A DNA stretch of 64,000 nt from a virus (Duplodnaviria > Heunggongvirae > Uroviricota > Caudoviricetes): the IMG/VR virus record IMGVR_UViG_3300010429_001251, one strand, 5' to 3'. Of the stretch, positions 17,136-26,341 are shown in pieces. Both the position numbers and the translations under genes were made by a program. Under the pieces are notes generated by a model. That model made no database searches. It worked only from the letters and a program-made list of their open reading frames with translations, and was not told where the DNA came from. Every line of letters begins with the position of its first letter. The stretch's first letter is position 1.

Positions 17136-19514
17136 ATGGGCTTCATGCAAGTTCCTAGTAATCGTTTTACTAGGGAGGAAATAGCTAGGATGTCAAATAG
17201 AATAAATGCCAAGGCTAAACCTGTAATAACAGGAAGTCGTAAAACTGGTAATACGCTAATTGACAGAATAAACAACATTATCAGCTATGTTGATAAAGTA
17301 TTTCCGAACAAAACGGAATATGAGCTAATCAAATCCGCAGAACAACTTGAAGCCTATATTGACAAGGCTATTAGTGCAGGGCTTTACGCTTTTGACTCTG
17401 AAACTAGTAGCCTTGATCCCTTATCTTGTGACGTAGCCGGTTTTAGTTTATATGTCAAGGGGCAGAAGCCAGCTTATGTTCCTATAGGACATATAAACTA
17501 TATAACCGGCGAAATGTTAGATAATCAAATGCCCGTTGAGATAGTAAAAGAACAATTAATTCGTTTACTTGATACGCCAGTCATTATGCACAATGCTAAA
17601 TTTGATATTCGTGTTATTAGAAATAAATATGGTATAGACTTATCTCAGAGTTTATATTGGGATACAATGATTGCGGCGCATTTATTAAACGAATTTGATA
17701 GAAAAAGTTTGAAGTGGCAGTGGAATAATTATTGTTGTAAAAATCCAGATGAAAAATCTATGGACTATGATACACTATTTGACGGTCTTCCGTTTACTCA
17801 GATTCCTATACACGCTGGTTATTTATATGCTGCTAAAGATACTAAAATGACTTTTGATCTTTTCGAGTTTCAACAACCCTTTTTAGTAGAGGAAGCTGCT
17901 GAATGTAAGCGTCAAAAATTAGAAAAATTAGCTAAATTATTTCATGAAGTTGAAATGCCCTTAATAGGGGTAACGGCTGAGATGGAAGATAATGGTATTA
18001 GTTTAGATTTAAAGATAGCTGAGGAATTATCTATTGACTATCATGCTAAATTAAAAAAGGCTGAGGAGGAGTTTTATCAGGCTTGTAATATACACAGTAA
18101 ACAAATATCTGAGTTTAAATTAAAAAATCCTAAGCATGGTTTAGAGTTAAAAATAAATTATAATAGTCCTAAACAGATTGCTACTTTGATTTATGATGTG
18201 CTTAAAATAGATCCACCGGATAAAAAAGAACCGAGAGGGACTGGGGAAGAGATTCTGAAAAAAGTTAATAATCCTGTAGCTAAGTGTATATTGGAATGTA
18301 GAACAATAGCTAAATTATTAGGAACTTATATTGATAAACTTCCTGGAGAGTTACATCCTAAAGATAGTAGAATTCATGCTAACTTTAACCAAGTGGGAAC
18401 AGATACTGGTAGGTATAGTTCTGATGATCCTAATTTACAAAATATTCCTTCAAAAGATAAAAAAATTAGAACTATGTTTATTCCATCATTAAACTGTTAT
18501 TTGATCTCTTGTGACTTTTCACAACAAGAACCAAGAGTACTGGCTCATTTTAGTCAAGATGAAACTCTCATAGAAGCCTACATACAAGGTAAAGATATTT
18601 ATGCGTTTATGGGAGAAAAAGTATTTAAGGTAGCTTACGAGGATTGTTTAGAAAAACGAGCAGATGGTACTACTAACCCAGAGGGTAAAGTTCGTAGAGA
18701 TAAAATGAAGGTAATAGTTTTAGCTTTAATGTATGGTTTAGAGTTGAAATCCTTATCTGAAAGTTTAAAAGTAACTATAGATGAAGCCAGAAAAATTAAA
18801 GAATCATTCTTTAAAGCTTTCCCTAAAGTTAAAATTTGGATTGATAAGCTATTAGATGATGCTCACAAGAACGGGTATGTTGAAACAGCTTGGGGCAGAA
18901 AAAGAAGATTACCCGATATGTTATTGCCAACATATGAGTTTAGTTATATAGAAGGTAAAAGAAAAGATTTTGATCCTTTGTTTGATTCTTTAATGGAGAA
19001 CAGTGATAATATTTCAACAGAAGTGGATCCTTATTTGATAGATAAATACACAAATGCTCTAGTTAAAGCTCGTGGTTTTAAAGAAGTGAATAATATTAAA
19101 GAGTCAGCTAAAGCCGAGGGTATAAAAATTAAAGACAATTCTTTTGTAATAGGTAGAGCAGAAAGGCAGTCAAGAAATAGTCCTATTCAAGGTAGTTCAG
19201 GCGATATGGTTAAAAATGCTATGGTTCGTTTGAGCAATTTAAAAATTCAAGAAAGATGGATAGATCAAGGCAAATTAACAAATGTAGTAGAGCTTGAGGT
19301 TTATAAATTAGCTAAAGAATTTAAACAATTAGGTGGAAAAGTATTATTACAGATTCACGATGAATTAATTTGTGAGGCTCCGCAAGAACACGCAAAACGT
19401 GTTGCCGAAATAGTTTCTCAAGTTATGATTAAATCAGCATCCTTGGTAATCACTGTTCCGATGAAAAGTGATATTGAGATATTAGATCGTTGGAATGGGA
19501 GTAAGGTAGCATGA
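17136..19514 (+). CDS. Family-A DNA polymerase (Pol I-like) with a 3'-5' exonuclease domain
   Basis: Exo I (YAFDSETSSLDP); pol motif A (LISCDFSQQEPRVLAHFS), motif B (RRDKMKVIVLALMYG) and motif C (LQIHDELICEA). Confidence 0.85.
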   Translation: MGFMQVPSNRFTREEIARMSNRINAKAKPVITGSRKTGNTLIDRINNIISYVDKVFPNKTEYELIKSAEQLEAYIDKAISAGLYAFDSETSSLDPLSCDVAGFSLYVKGQKPAYVPIGHINYITGEMLDNQMPVEIVKEQLIRLLDTPVIMHNAKFDIRVIRNKYGIDLSQSLYWDTMIAAHLLNEFDRKSLKWQWNNYCCKNPDEKSMDYDTLFDGLPFTQIPIHAGYLYAAKDTKMTFDLFEFQQPFLVEEAAECKRQKLEKLAKLFHEVEMPLIGVTAEMEDNGISLDLKIAEELSIDYHAKLKKAEEEFYQACNIHSKQISEFKLKNPKHGLELKINYNSPKQIATLIYDVLKIDPPDKKEPRGTGEEILKKVNNPVAKCILECRTIAKLLGTYIDKLPGELHPKDSRIHANFNQVGTDTGRYSSDDPNLQNIPSKDKKIRTMFIPSLNCYLISCDFSQQEPRVLAHFSQDETLIEAYIQGKDIYAFMGEKVFKVAYEDCLEKRADGTTNPEGKVRRDKMKVIVLALMYGLELKSLSESLKVTIDEARKIKESFFKAFPKVKIWIDKLLDDAHKNGYVETAWGRKRRLPDMLLPTYEFSYIEGKRKDFDPLFDSLMENSDNISTEVDPYLIDKYTNALVKARGFKEVNNIKESAKAEGIKIKDNSFVIGRAERQSRNSPIQGSSGDMVKNAMVRLSNLKIQERWIDQGKLTNVVELEVYKLAKEFKQLGGKVLLQIHDELICEAPQEHAKRVAEIVSQVMIKSASLVITVPMKSDIEILDRWNGSKVA

Positions 19515-20452
19515 GTATAATTTTATATTTTGCAGGCAAACAGTGTGAAGAGGCTATTGAACATATCCGAAATAAAGGCGGGCATAAGCTATATAGTCAA
19601 TACACTGAGCGTAAAGATATTGAAGTATGGAAAGATAAATATTTAAGTCCTAATAATAATTTACTGATTGATAGCGGGGCTTTTACGGCCCACACAAAAA
19701 ATAAAGCTATTGATGTAAATGAGTATATTGGATATATAAATTCTTTTACTTCTCCTGATGTGTTTTTTGTTCAATTAGACCACATACCTGGAATATTTGG
19801 TATGCCGAGAACTAAAGAACATGTTACTGAATCTGCTGAAAAAAGTTGGGAAAATTTTATCTACATGGTTGATAAAGTAAATCGTCCAGACAGGTTGTTA
19901 CCCGTGTTTCACTTAGGAGAAGACTTAAAATATTTAGAGCGAATTCTTAATACTCAATTTAATGGAAAGTATTTAGATTATATAGGTTTTGGGGGTTTAA
20001 GTATTCGGTCAAATAGGGATAGAGATGTTCATTTAGAGAGGGCTAAGCGGGTTGTTAAGGGTAGTAAAAACCCTAATGTTAAGGTTCACGCCTTTGGTGT
20101 AACAACTTTTAAACTATTAGAGAAATACCCTTTTTATAGCTGTGATTCTTCCACTTGGATACAAAATTCAACAATGGGTTCTATAATAACCCCTAAAGGT
20201 GGATTTGTTGTAAGTGATACTAGAATTAAAGACCCAGCACACGTTTGTAATATGCCTAAAGAAGTTTATATTGCTCTTGAAAACTATGTTAATTCTTTAG
20301 GTTTTGATTTATGTAAGTTAAGAAAAGACTATAAAGAAAGATTAAAATTCGATATTGAATACTATATAAACAGAGCGAAGAAGTTTAAATACAATACAGA
20401 GTTAAGTAATAGACCAAGATTTGTAACGGAGGTACACAATGTACAAAATTAG
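19511..20452 (+). CDS. dpdA: DpdA-like DNA guanine transglycosylase (TGT superfamily) for inserting a 7-deazaguanine base into DNA
   Basis: Tgt-like catalytic motif LLIDSGAFT (compare DSGGFQ); about 310 aa; immediately followed by QueD, QueE and FolE. Confidence 0.5.
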   Translation: MSIILYFAGKQCEEAIEHIRNKGGHKLYSQYTERKDIEVWKDKYLSPNNNLLIDSGAFTAHTKNKAIDVNEYIGYINSFTSPDVFFVQLDHIPGIFGMPRTKEHVTESAEKSWENFIYMVDKVNRPDRLLPVFHLGEDLKYLERILNTQFNGKYLDYIGFGGLSIRSNRDRDVHLERAKRVVKGSKNPNVKVHAFGVTTFKLLEKYPFYSCDSSTWIQNSTMGSIITPKGGFVVSDTRIKDPAHVCNMPKEVYIALENYVNSLGFDLCKLRKDYKERLKFDIEYYINRAKKFKYNTELSNRPRFVTEVHNVQN

Positions 20453-20813
20453 AAAAACTTTTGAGGTAGCCGGGAGTCATAAATTAGATTTAAATTATGA
20501 AAGTAAGTGCCAAAATCAACATGGACATAATTGGCTCATTACTGTTGAAATATCCTCAGCATATTTAGACCAAAACGGTATGGTTATAGATTTTGTGAAA
20601 CTAAAGGATATGTTTCAAAGTAGAGTTCATAGTGTTTTAGACCACAAGCACTTAAATGAAGTGGTAGACTTTAATCCTACCGCAGAAAATTTAGCGCATT
20701 GGGTTTTAGATGCTATAAATCAAGAATTAACTATAGGTGGTTACACTCCTATAAGATGCACAAGAGTTATAGTTCAGGAATCAAACAATAACGAGGCAGA
20801 GTATTCGCTATGA
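20439..20813 (+). CDS. queD: 6-carboxy-5,6,7,8-tetrahydropterin synthase (QueD)
   Basis: CxxxHGH motif (KCQNQHGHNW); about 120 aa PTPS fold. Confidence 0.75.
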   Translation: MYKIRKTFEVAGSHKLDLNYESKCQNQHGHNWLITVEISSAYLDQNGMVIDFVKLKDMFQSRVHSVLDHKHLNEVVDFNPTAENLAHWVLDAINQELTIGGYTPIRCTRVIVQESNNNEAEYSL

Positions 20814-20947
20814 TAGAAATTAAAAAACAAGAAAACGGTAAATGGAAAGTGGAATGTGATTGTGGTTTATTGGAGTATGAAACAGAACAAGAGCCACAGG
20901 GTTGTATAAGATGTAGATACTGCGGAAGTAAGAGTTGCGGAGAATAG
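20810..20947 (+). CDS. small zinc-ribbon protein
   Basis: 45-aa ORF with CDCG...CIRCRYCGSKSCG; ATGA overlap with the queD stop. Confidence 0.3.
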   Translation: MIEIKKQENGKWKVECDCGLLEYETEQEPQGCIRCRYCGSKSCGE

Positions 20948-20948
20948 T

Positions 20949-21596
20949 ATGAAGGTTGTTGAGATTTTTAAGTCTATAGAAGGTGAAGGCAAAAGAATGG
21001 GGTATATGACCACATTCATTAGACTAGCTGGTTGCAATTTAAGATGTAGCTATTGCGATACAAAATACGCTCAAACGGGTTATGATGCAGTTGAGATGGA
21101 TCCAGCTGATATTGCAAGTAAAATAGAAACAGACTGTGTAACTGTTACCGGAGGTGAGCCTTTGATTCATCCTGATATGGAAACACTGCTTGCATATTTG
21201 ATGGAGACAAATAAGTTTACTAATATTGAAACAAACGGCAGCGTTGATTTACGTCCATTCAAACTACTCAAAGAAAAACTTAGCCGCAATAAATACTTTT
21301 TTACTATGGATGTGAAATGTCCTTCAAGTGGCATGACCGATAAAATGCTATTAGATAATTTAGAGTTATTAGATGAATTGGATGTAATTAAATTTGTTGT
21401 GGGTAGCCAAGTCGATTTAGATTATGCTAAGGGAATAATTCAAAATTATCCTATAAAAGCTGTGCCATATATTAGTCCTGTATTTGGTTTTTATCCTGCC
21501 CTTGTGGTTGATTATATTAAAGAGCATAATTTGCCAGCTGTTTTTCAGCTTCAGTTACATAAATATGTTTGGGATCCTAATAAGAGGGGTGTGTAA
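20949..21596 (+). CDS. queE: 7-carboxy-7-deazaguanine synthase (QueE, radical SAM)
   Basis: CxxxCxxC motif (CNLRCSYCDT); about 215 aa; context with queD and folE. Confidence 0.75.
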   Translation: MKVVEIFKSIEGEGKRMGYMTTFIRLAGCNLRCSYCDTKYAQTGYDAVEMDPADIASKIETDCVTVTGGEPLIHPDMETLLAYLMETNKFTNIETNGSVDLRPFKLLKEKLSRNKYFFTMDVKCPSSGMTDKMLLDNLELLDELDVIKFVVGSQVDLDYAKGIIQNYPIKAVPYISPVFGFYPALVVDYIKEHNLPAVFQLQLHKYVWDPNKRGV

Positions 21597-22567
21597 TGGG
21601 TAAGATTATTTTTGTTCCTATTGAACGAATAGATCGACGCTATAGCAATCAGTGGTTTGATTGGTTTATACAAAGTTTTGAGCGTCTTGGTAAAGAGGTA
21701 TTAACTGTAGGATCTACAGATTTAAAAGAAATAAAAGTAGGTCAATTTTTAGATGTATATGATACTAATGTCTACAAATTAGGTCAATTGCAAGAAATTA
21801 TTGAATTACTTAAAGTCCATAATGATATTGATTGTATCTTTTTTATGGACTACTGGTTCCCAGGCGTTGAGGCGTTAGCCTACATTAGAGATAATGCCCG
21901 TATGAATTTTAGAATTAAAGGCATGTTACATGCCGGAACTTATGATGATTTTGATTTTATCACTCAAAATGGATGTGGAGTATGGGGGGAACATTTTGAA
22001 AGATCTTTATTAGAAATAGCTGATGAGGTTTTTGTAGGATCTCAGCTTCATAGACAAGAGATAATTCAAAGACGGGGCGAGCATTGTAAGGTAACAGTAG
22101 TAGATTATCCTGTTTATGAGTGTACAGAGTATTTACATTTAGTAGATCGTAAAGATAATATAGTAGTTTTTCCTCATAGATTAGGTAAAGATAAACAGCC
22201 CGAACTATTCAAGGTTGTAGAGCAGATGTATAGGGAAAGATACCCTAACTCAGATGTGAAGTTTGTGAGAACTTTAGATTATAATTTAACCAAAGAAGCT
22301 TATTATACTTTGTTAGCTCAAAGCAAGGCTGTGGTAAGTTTTGCTACTCATGAGTTATTTGGAATAGCTATGTTGGAGGCTGTAAACTTAAAATGTTATC
22401 CTATAGCTCCAAATAGGTTAGCTTATAAAGAAACTCTTAAAGAGTATAAGTTATATGAAACCTTAGACGAGTGTGTAGATTTACTTAGAATGGCTATAAA
22501 CGGTAATCCTCCAATATATCCTTCAAGGTATTCAAGTAATGTAGATAATATAGTGAGGTTAATCTAA
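21596..22567 (+). CDS. GT-B fold glycosyltransferase (GT4-like)
   Basis: C-terminal E-x7-E-like motif HELFGIAMLEA characteristic of GT4 retaining glycosyltransferases. Confidence 0.4.
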   Translation: MGKIIFVPIERIDRRYSNQWFDWFIQSFERLGKEVLTVGSTDLKEIKVGQFLDVYDTNVYKLGQLQEIIELLKVHNDIDCIFFMDYWFPGVEALAYIRDNARMNFRIKGMLHAGTYDDFDFITQNGCGVWGEHFERSLLEIADEVFVGSQLHRQEIIQRRGEHCKVTVVDYPVYECTEYLHLVDRKDNIVVFPHRLGKDKQPELFKVVEQMYRERYPNSDVKFVRTLDYNLTKEAYYTLLAQSKAVVSFATHELFGIAMLEAVNLKCYPIAPNRLAYKETLKEYKLYETLDECVDLLRMAINGNPPIYPSRYSSNVDNIVRLI

Positions 22568-22909
22568 ATGAAAATGTGTATAGTAATTACTCTTCAGGTA
22601 GAAGGAATTCATAGGTGGGCAGCGTGTCCTATTCCGGAAGTAAGTTTTCTTAAAAACTTTCATAGACATATATTTCATATAAATATGGTAAAAGAGGTAT
22701 CTCACGATGATAGGGATGTGGAAATAATTCAATTAAAAAGAGCAGTTTTAAAAGATTTAAATGAAAAGTTCTACAATGAAGATGAAAATTGCCTATTTTT
22801 AGATGATTGGAGTTGTGAAAGACTGTGCGCTTACCTGATAGAAAAATTTGGGTGTATAGTGGTAAAAGTTCTAGAAGATAATGAAAATGGAGCTATGGTT
22901 AGTGTTTAA
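22568..22909 (+). CDS. hypothetical protein
   Basis: 113-aa ORF, His-rich (HRHIFH). Confidence 0.4.
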   Translation: MKMCIVITLQVEGIHRWAACPIPEVSFLKNFHRHIFHINMVKEVSHDDRDVEIIQLKRAVLKDLNEKFYNEDENCLFLDDWSCERLCAYLIEKFGCIVVKVLEDNENGAMVSV

Positions 22910-23063
22910 TCTAATTTTAAATTTTATAATAGGGCTGAGCATAGGGGTAGTATGTCGATTTATATATCTTCCCTGCCCTGCTCCAATAAACTTAGGCGGT
23001 ATTTTAGTTATTGCCGGAATATATGTTGGATACTCGTTGGTTAAAGGAGAATTTCTATGGTAA
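22881..23063 (+). CDS. small membrane protein
   Basis: 60-aa ORF with two hydrophobic helices. Confidence 0.3.
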   Translation: MKMELWLVFNLILNFIIGLSIGVVCRFIYLPCPAPINLGGILVIAGIYVGYSLVKGEFLW

Positions 23064-23635
23064 CTATAAATGATGCTCGTGAGTGTATAAAAAAGATCTT
23101 ACAATATTTAGGAGAAAATCCTGATAGGGAGGGGTTATTAAAAACTCCTGATAGGGTAGTTAAATCTTGGGATACTTTATTTGGTGGTTATTTATTAAAA
23201 CCTGAGAGTGTTTTGGAAGTAACCTTTAAAGAGTGTAGTCAGTATGATGAGATGATTATCTTAAGAGATATAGAGTTTTACTCAACCTGTGAACACCACA
23301 TGCTTCCTTTTTTTGGAAAGGTTCACGTAGCTTATCTACCAGAATTAGGGGATAGTTGTAAAGTGGTTGGCGTATCTAAGCTAGCTAGATTGGTGGATAT
23401 ACATGCCAGAAGGCTACAAATACAGGAAAGAATGACCCAAGATATAGCAATGGATTTAGAAAAAGCTATAAATGCTAGGGGTGTGGGTGTAATCGTTGAG
23501 GCTCAGCATTTTTGTATGACCTCAAGAGGAGTGCAGAAGAAACATAGTATTATGAGCACCTCTGCCATGAGGGGCGAATTTAGAACTATTCCTATGGTAA
23601 GACAAGAATTTTTACAATTAGTGAAAGGAGCTTAA
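23057..23635 (+). CDS. folE: GTP cyclohydrolase I (FolE)
   Basis: Motifs STCEHHMLPF and VEAQHFCM; about 190 aa. Confidence 0.8.
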   Translation: MVTINDARECIKKILQYLGENPDREGLLKTPDRVVKSWDTLFGGYLLKPESVLEVTFKECSQYDEMIILRDIEFYSTCEHHMLPFFGKVHVAYLPELGDSCKVVGVSKLARLVDIHARRLQIQERMTQDIAMDLEKAINARGVGVIVEAQHFCMTSRGVQKKHSIMSTSAMRGEFRTIPMVRQEFLQLVKGA

Positions 23636-23636
23636 C

Positions 23637-23849
23637 ATGTGTGAAAACTGTACTTGTAATAAAGATTCATTGAGCAAATACGAAACCGCACAGCTGGTAG
23701 CAGAACTTAAATCAAGAACAGATATCTGTGATTCGTTTCATACCAGCCCTGATATAGCTTGTGATTTAGATTTTTATAATTTAGATAATACATTAACCGA
23801 TTCTCATAGAGTAACGGAAGTAGCAACAATTTTAGTAATATCAGATTAA
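23637..23849 (+). CDS. hypothetical small protein
   Basis: 70-aa ORF. Confidence 0.35.
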   Translation: MCENCTCNKDSLSKYETAQLVAELKSRTDICDSFHTSPDIACDLDFYNLDNTLTDSHRVTEVATILVISD

Positions 23850-23860
23850 AGGAGGACATT

Positions 23861-25063
23861 ATGTCTAAACTAACAGTAAAAACGGATGTTATGCAAAAAC
23901 TTTTAAACAAGGTTATGAAGGGGGTTCTTGATAGTCCATTACTTCCTATAACCTCGATGCTGGGCATCAAATTAGAAAATGGATTGTTATCAATATCTGC
24001 CTATGACAAATTAAATTATATAAAAGTTAGGCAGAGTGGTATAGTTGGAGAGAACTTTGAAATAACGGTTATGGCTGACAGATTTAATAAAATCGTTCAG
24101 AAAAATACCGTTGAAAATATTACTCTTACCAACAAGGGCGACCATCTTGAACTAAGAGGAAACGGTGTTTATAAGTTAGAACTACCTATAGACCCATCTA
24201 CAAATGAAATAGTTAAGTTTCCAGCTATTCCTCAAATTCAAGGAGACTCATCCATTATACCGTTAACCACAGTTAAAGCTGTTTTAGACTACAATAAATT
24301 AGCTTTGGCAAGATCTGGAGATGTAGTTTCAAGAACGGGTTATTACTGTGCCGATAAGGTAATGACTACAAATAATGAGATTATAGTTCTTAACGATGTA
24401 CACATGCTGGATAAACCTTTCTTAGCTTCAAAGGAATTATTCATACTGTTATCTACTATATCTCAAGATACAATTAACGTAATTAGACGGAATAAAGAAA
24501 TAGTATTCATAACAGATGAGGTAGTTATATATTCCGTAGAGCTTGAAGATGCTACATCATTCCAGTATGACCAGTTTGTGCAATATGTATCTTTAGATTT
24601 ACCAAGTTCTTGTAAATTAGATAAAAACTTACTGCTGAGTGTTATGGATAGGGTTAGCCTATTTATGAATAAGCAGGATAATGATGTTATAAAATTAAAA
24701 TTTACAGCATCGGGCTTAGAGGTAGACAGTAAGGCATTAACAGGAAGCGAGCTTATTAGTTATTCTCAAAGTGATAATTTTTCAGATTTTAGTTGTTATG
24801 TAATTTACAACTATATCAAAGACATAATATCAGCCCAAAGAGATGTAACGGCTGAAACAGAAAAACGTTCACCTCTTGTAGAGTTACATTATGGAAATGA
24901 CAGCGTTCTAAAAGTTATAGGACAGAACGTACAATGTGCATTAGCTCTTGTTTCAGAAGGATCTATGGAAACAGCTCCCGCAGAGGTGGAGGCTGTAGCT
25001 GAAGTTGATGATATATCTGAAGAAGATATAGATGTAGCGATATCAGAAGAAACGTCTTATTAG
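23861..25063 (+). CDS. DNA polymerase sliding clamp (DnaN/beta-clamp-like) with an acidic C-terminal tail
   Basis: N-terminus MSKLTVKTDVMQKLLNKV...LLPITSMLGIKLENGLLSISAYD parallels the DnaN N-terminus (MKFTVERE..LPIL.NLLL...L.L..TD); about 400 aa. Confidence 0.5.
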   Translation: MSKLTVKTDVMQKLLNKVMKGVLDSPLLPITSMLGIKLENGLLSISAYDKLNYIKVRQSGIVGENFEITVMADRFNKIVQKNTVENITLTNKGDHLELRGNGVYKLELPIDPSTNEIVKFPAIPQIQGDSSIIPLTTVKAVLDYNKLALARSGDVVSRTGYYCADKVMTTNNEIIVLNDVHMLDKPFLASKELFILLSTISQDTINVIRRNKEIVFITDEVVIYSVELEDATSFQYDQFVQYVSLDLPSSCKLDKNLLLSVMDRVSLFMNKQDNDVIKLKFTASGLEVDSKALTGSELISYSQSDNFSDFSCYVIYNYIKDIISAQRDVTAETEKRSPLVELHYGNDSVLKVIGQNVQCALALVSEGSMETAPAEVEAVAEVDDISEEDIDVAISEETSY

Positions 25064-25076
25064 TTTGGAGTAATTA

Positions 25077-25856
25077 ATGTCTAGAGTATCTTTAAAACAA
25101 ATTCACGGTTTTGTAAATCAAGAAGTAAATAACATGTCTGTTGATAAAGTATTTCTTCAGGATTTGACAATGTCTATAGAAAAGAGTCAGTCACAAAAAC
25201 CGTTAAGTAGAACATATAAACCCTCTTCCTTAAATTGTATGAGAGGTATGTATTATCAAATTACAGGAACAATTCCTGATAAGAGTACCTCCTCGGCAAA
25301 TAATATAGGAATGGGGGAATCAGGAACTGATAGACACGAAAGAATACAGAAAGCAATTATGGCTCTGGCTCTGGATAATGAACAGTATGAGTTTGTGGAT
25401 GTTGAAACTTACATAAAAGAAAAAAATATTCCTCATTTACAAGTTGTAAGCAAAACAGCTACCGAAACTAAATGTTTCCATACTGTTCTTAACATGAGCT
25501 TTATGTGTGACGGTATCCTTAAGATAAAAGGCGAGTATTATGTCTTTGAATTTAAAACAGAAGGCTCAATGAAGTTTTCAAAACGTGAGGATGTAGACCC
25601 AGATCATAAAAATCAAGCTACCTGTTATTGTTTAGCTTTCGATATTGGTCAGGTTATATTTTTATATGAAAACAGAGATACTTTAGATAAAAAAGCATTT
25701 TTATTTACAGTTATTGAGGGTTTAAAGCAAGATATAGTTAATAAGATATCTACTTGTGATAACTATGTGTCAAAATTACAACCGCCTCCAAAGACTGTTA
25801 ATAAAAAGACCTGCTATTATTGTAGATATAAATCAACGTGCGAAAAGGATAGATAA
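25077..25856 (+). CDS. PD-(D/E)XK nuclease with an Fe-S-type cysteine cluster (Cas4/RecB-family exonuclease-like)
   Basis: Core D...EFK (CDGILKIKGEYYVFEFKTEG); one N-terminal Cys and a C-terminal CYYCRYKSTC. Confidence 0.45.
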   Translation: MSRVSLKQIHGFVNQEVNNMSVDKVFLQDLTMSIEKSQSQKPLSRTYKPSSLNCMRGMYYQITGTIPDKSTSSANNIGMGESGTDRHERIQKAIMALALDNEQYEFVDVETYIKEKNIPHLQVVSKTATETKCFHTVLNMSFMCDGILKIKGEYYVFEFKTEGSMKFSKREDVDPDHKNQATCYCLAFDIGQVIFLYENRDTLDKKAFLFTVIEGLKQDIVNKISTCDNYVSKLQPPPKTVNKKTCYYCRYKSTCEKDR

Positions 25857-26341
25857 TGAGTTTAGCGAAAGAATATGAAAAAATTATAAAACAAACCTTT
25901 GAGGTTGTTCCTGATGTTTCAATAATGCGTCTATACGATCCTACATCCTCATTCGCCGGAATAAAAAATATTTGTGATTATGAGCTTTACGTTCATCCTT
26001 ATTTAATATTTTTAGAGTGTAAAACATCAGCAGGAAATACTTGGAATTTTAGTAATTTATCTTCTAAACAATTAGAAGGTATGTTGGAAAAGAGTCAGAT
26101 AACCGGAATATTGGCGGGGGTTATTTTATGGTTTTATGAAAAAGATATTACCATTTTTGTTGATATTATAGAGATAAAAAGATTAATTGATGCCGGTTAT
26201 AAGTCTATAAATGCCAGTAAATTAGATGAGATTGAGCATATAGTTGTAAAGGGTCAGAAAAAAAGAACTTATTTTGAGTACGATGGTAATAATTTTAAAA
26301 CCTTGTTAAAAAGAGCCTCATATAGGAGATGGTGTAAATGA
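25856..26341 (+). CDS. small PD-(D/E)XK-like nuclease (RecU/Hjc-like resolvase candidate)
   Basis: ELYVHPYLIFLECKTS motif (E...E-C-K); paralogous core to ORF 36285..36653. Confidence 0.3.
   Translation: MSLAKEYEKIIKQTFEVVPDVSIMRLYDPTSSFAGIKNICDYELYVHPYLIFLECKTSAGNTWNFSNLSSKQLEGMLEKSQITGILAGVILWFYEKDITIFVDIIEIKRLIDAGYKSINASKLDEIEHIVVKGQKKRTYFEYDGNNFKTLLKRASYRRWCK

Noticed and set aside
21596-22567. QueC (7-cyano-7-deazaguanine synthase) to complete the preQ0 pathway
   Set aside because: No PP-loop SGGxDS motif. The sequence instead shows a GT4-like EX7E region.
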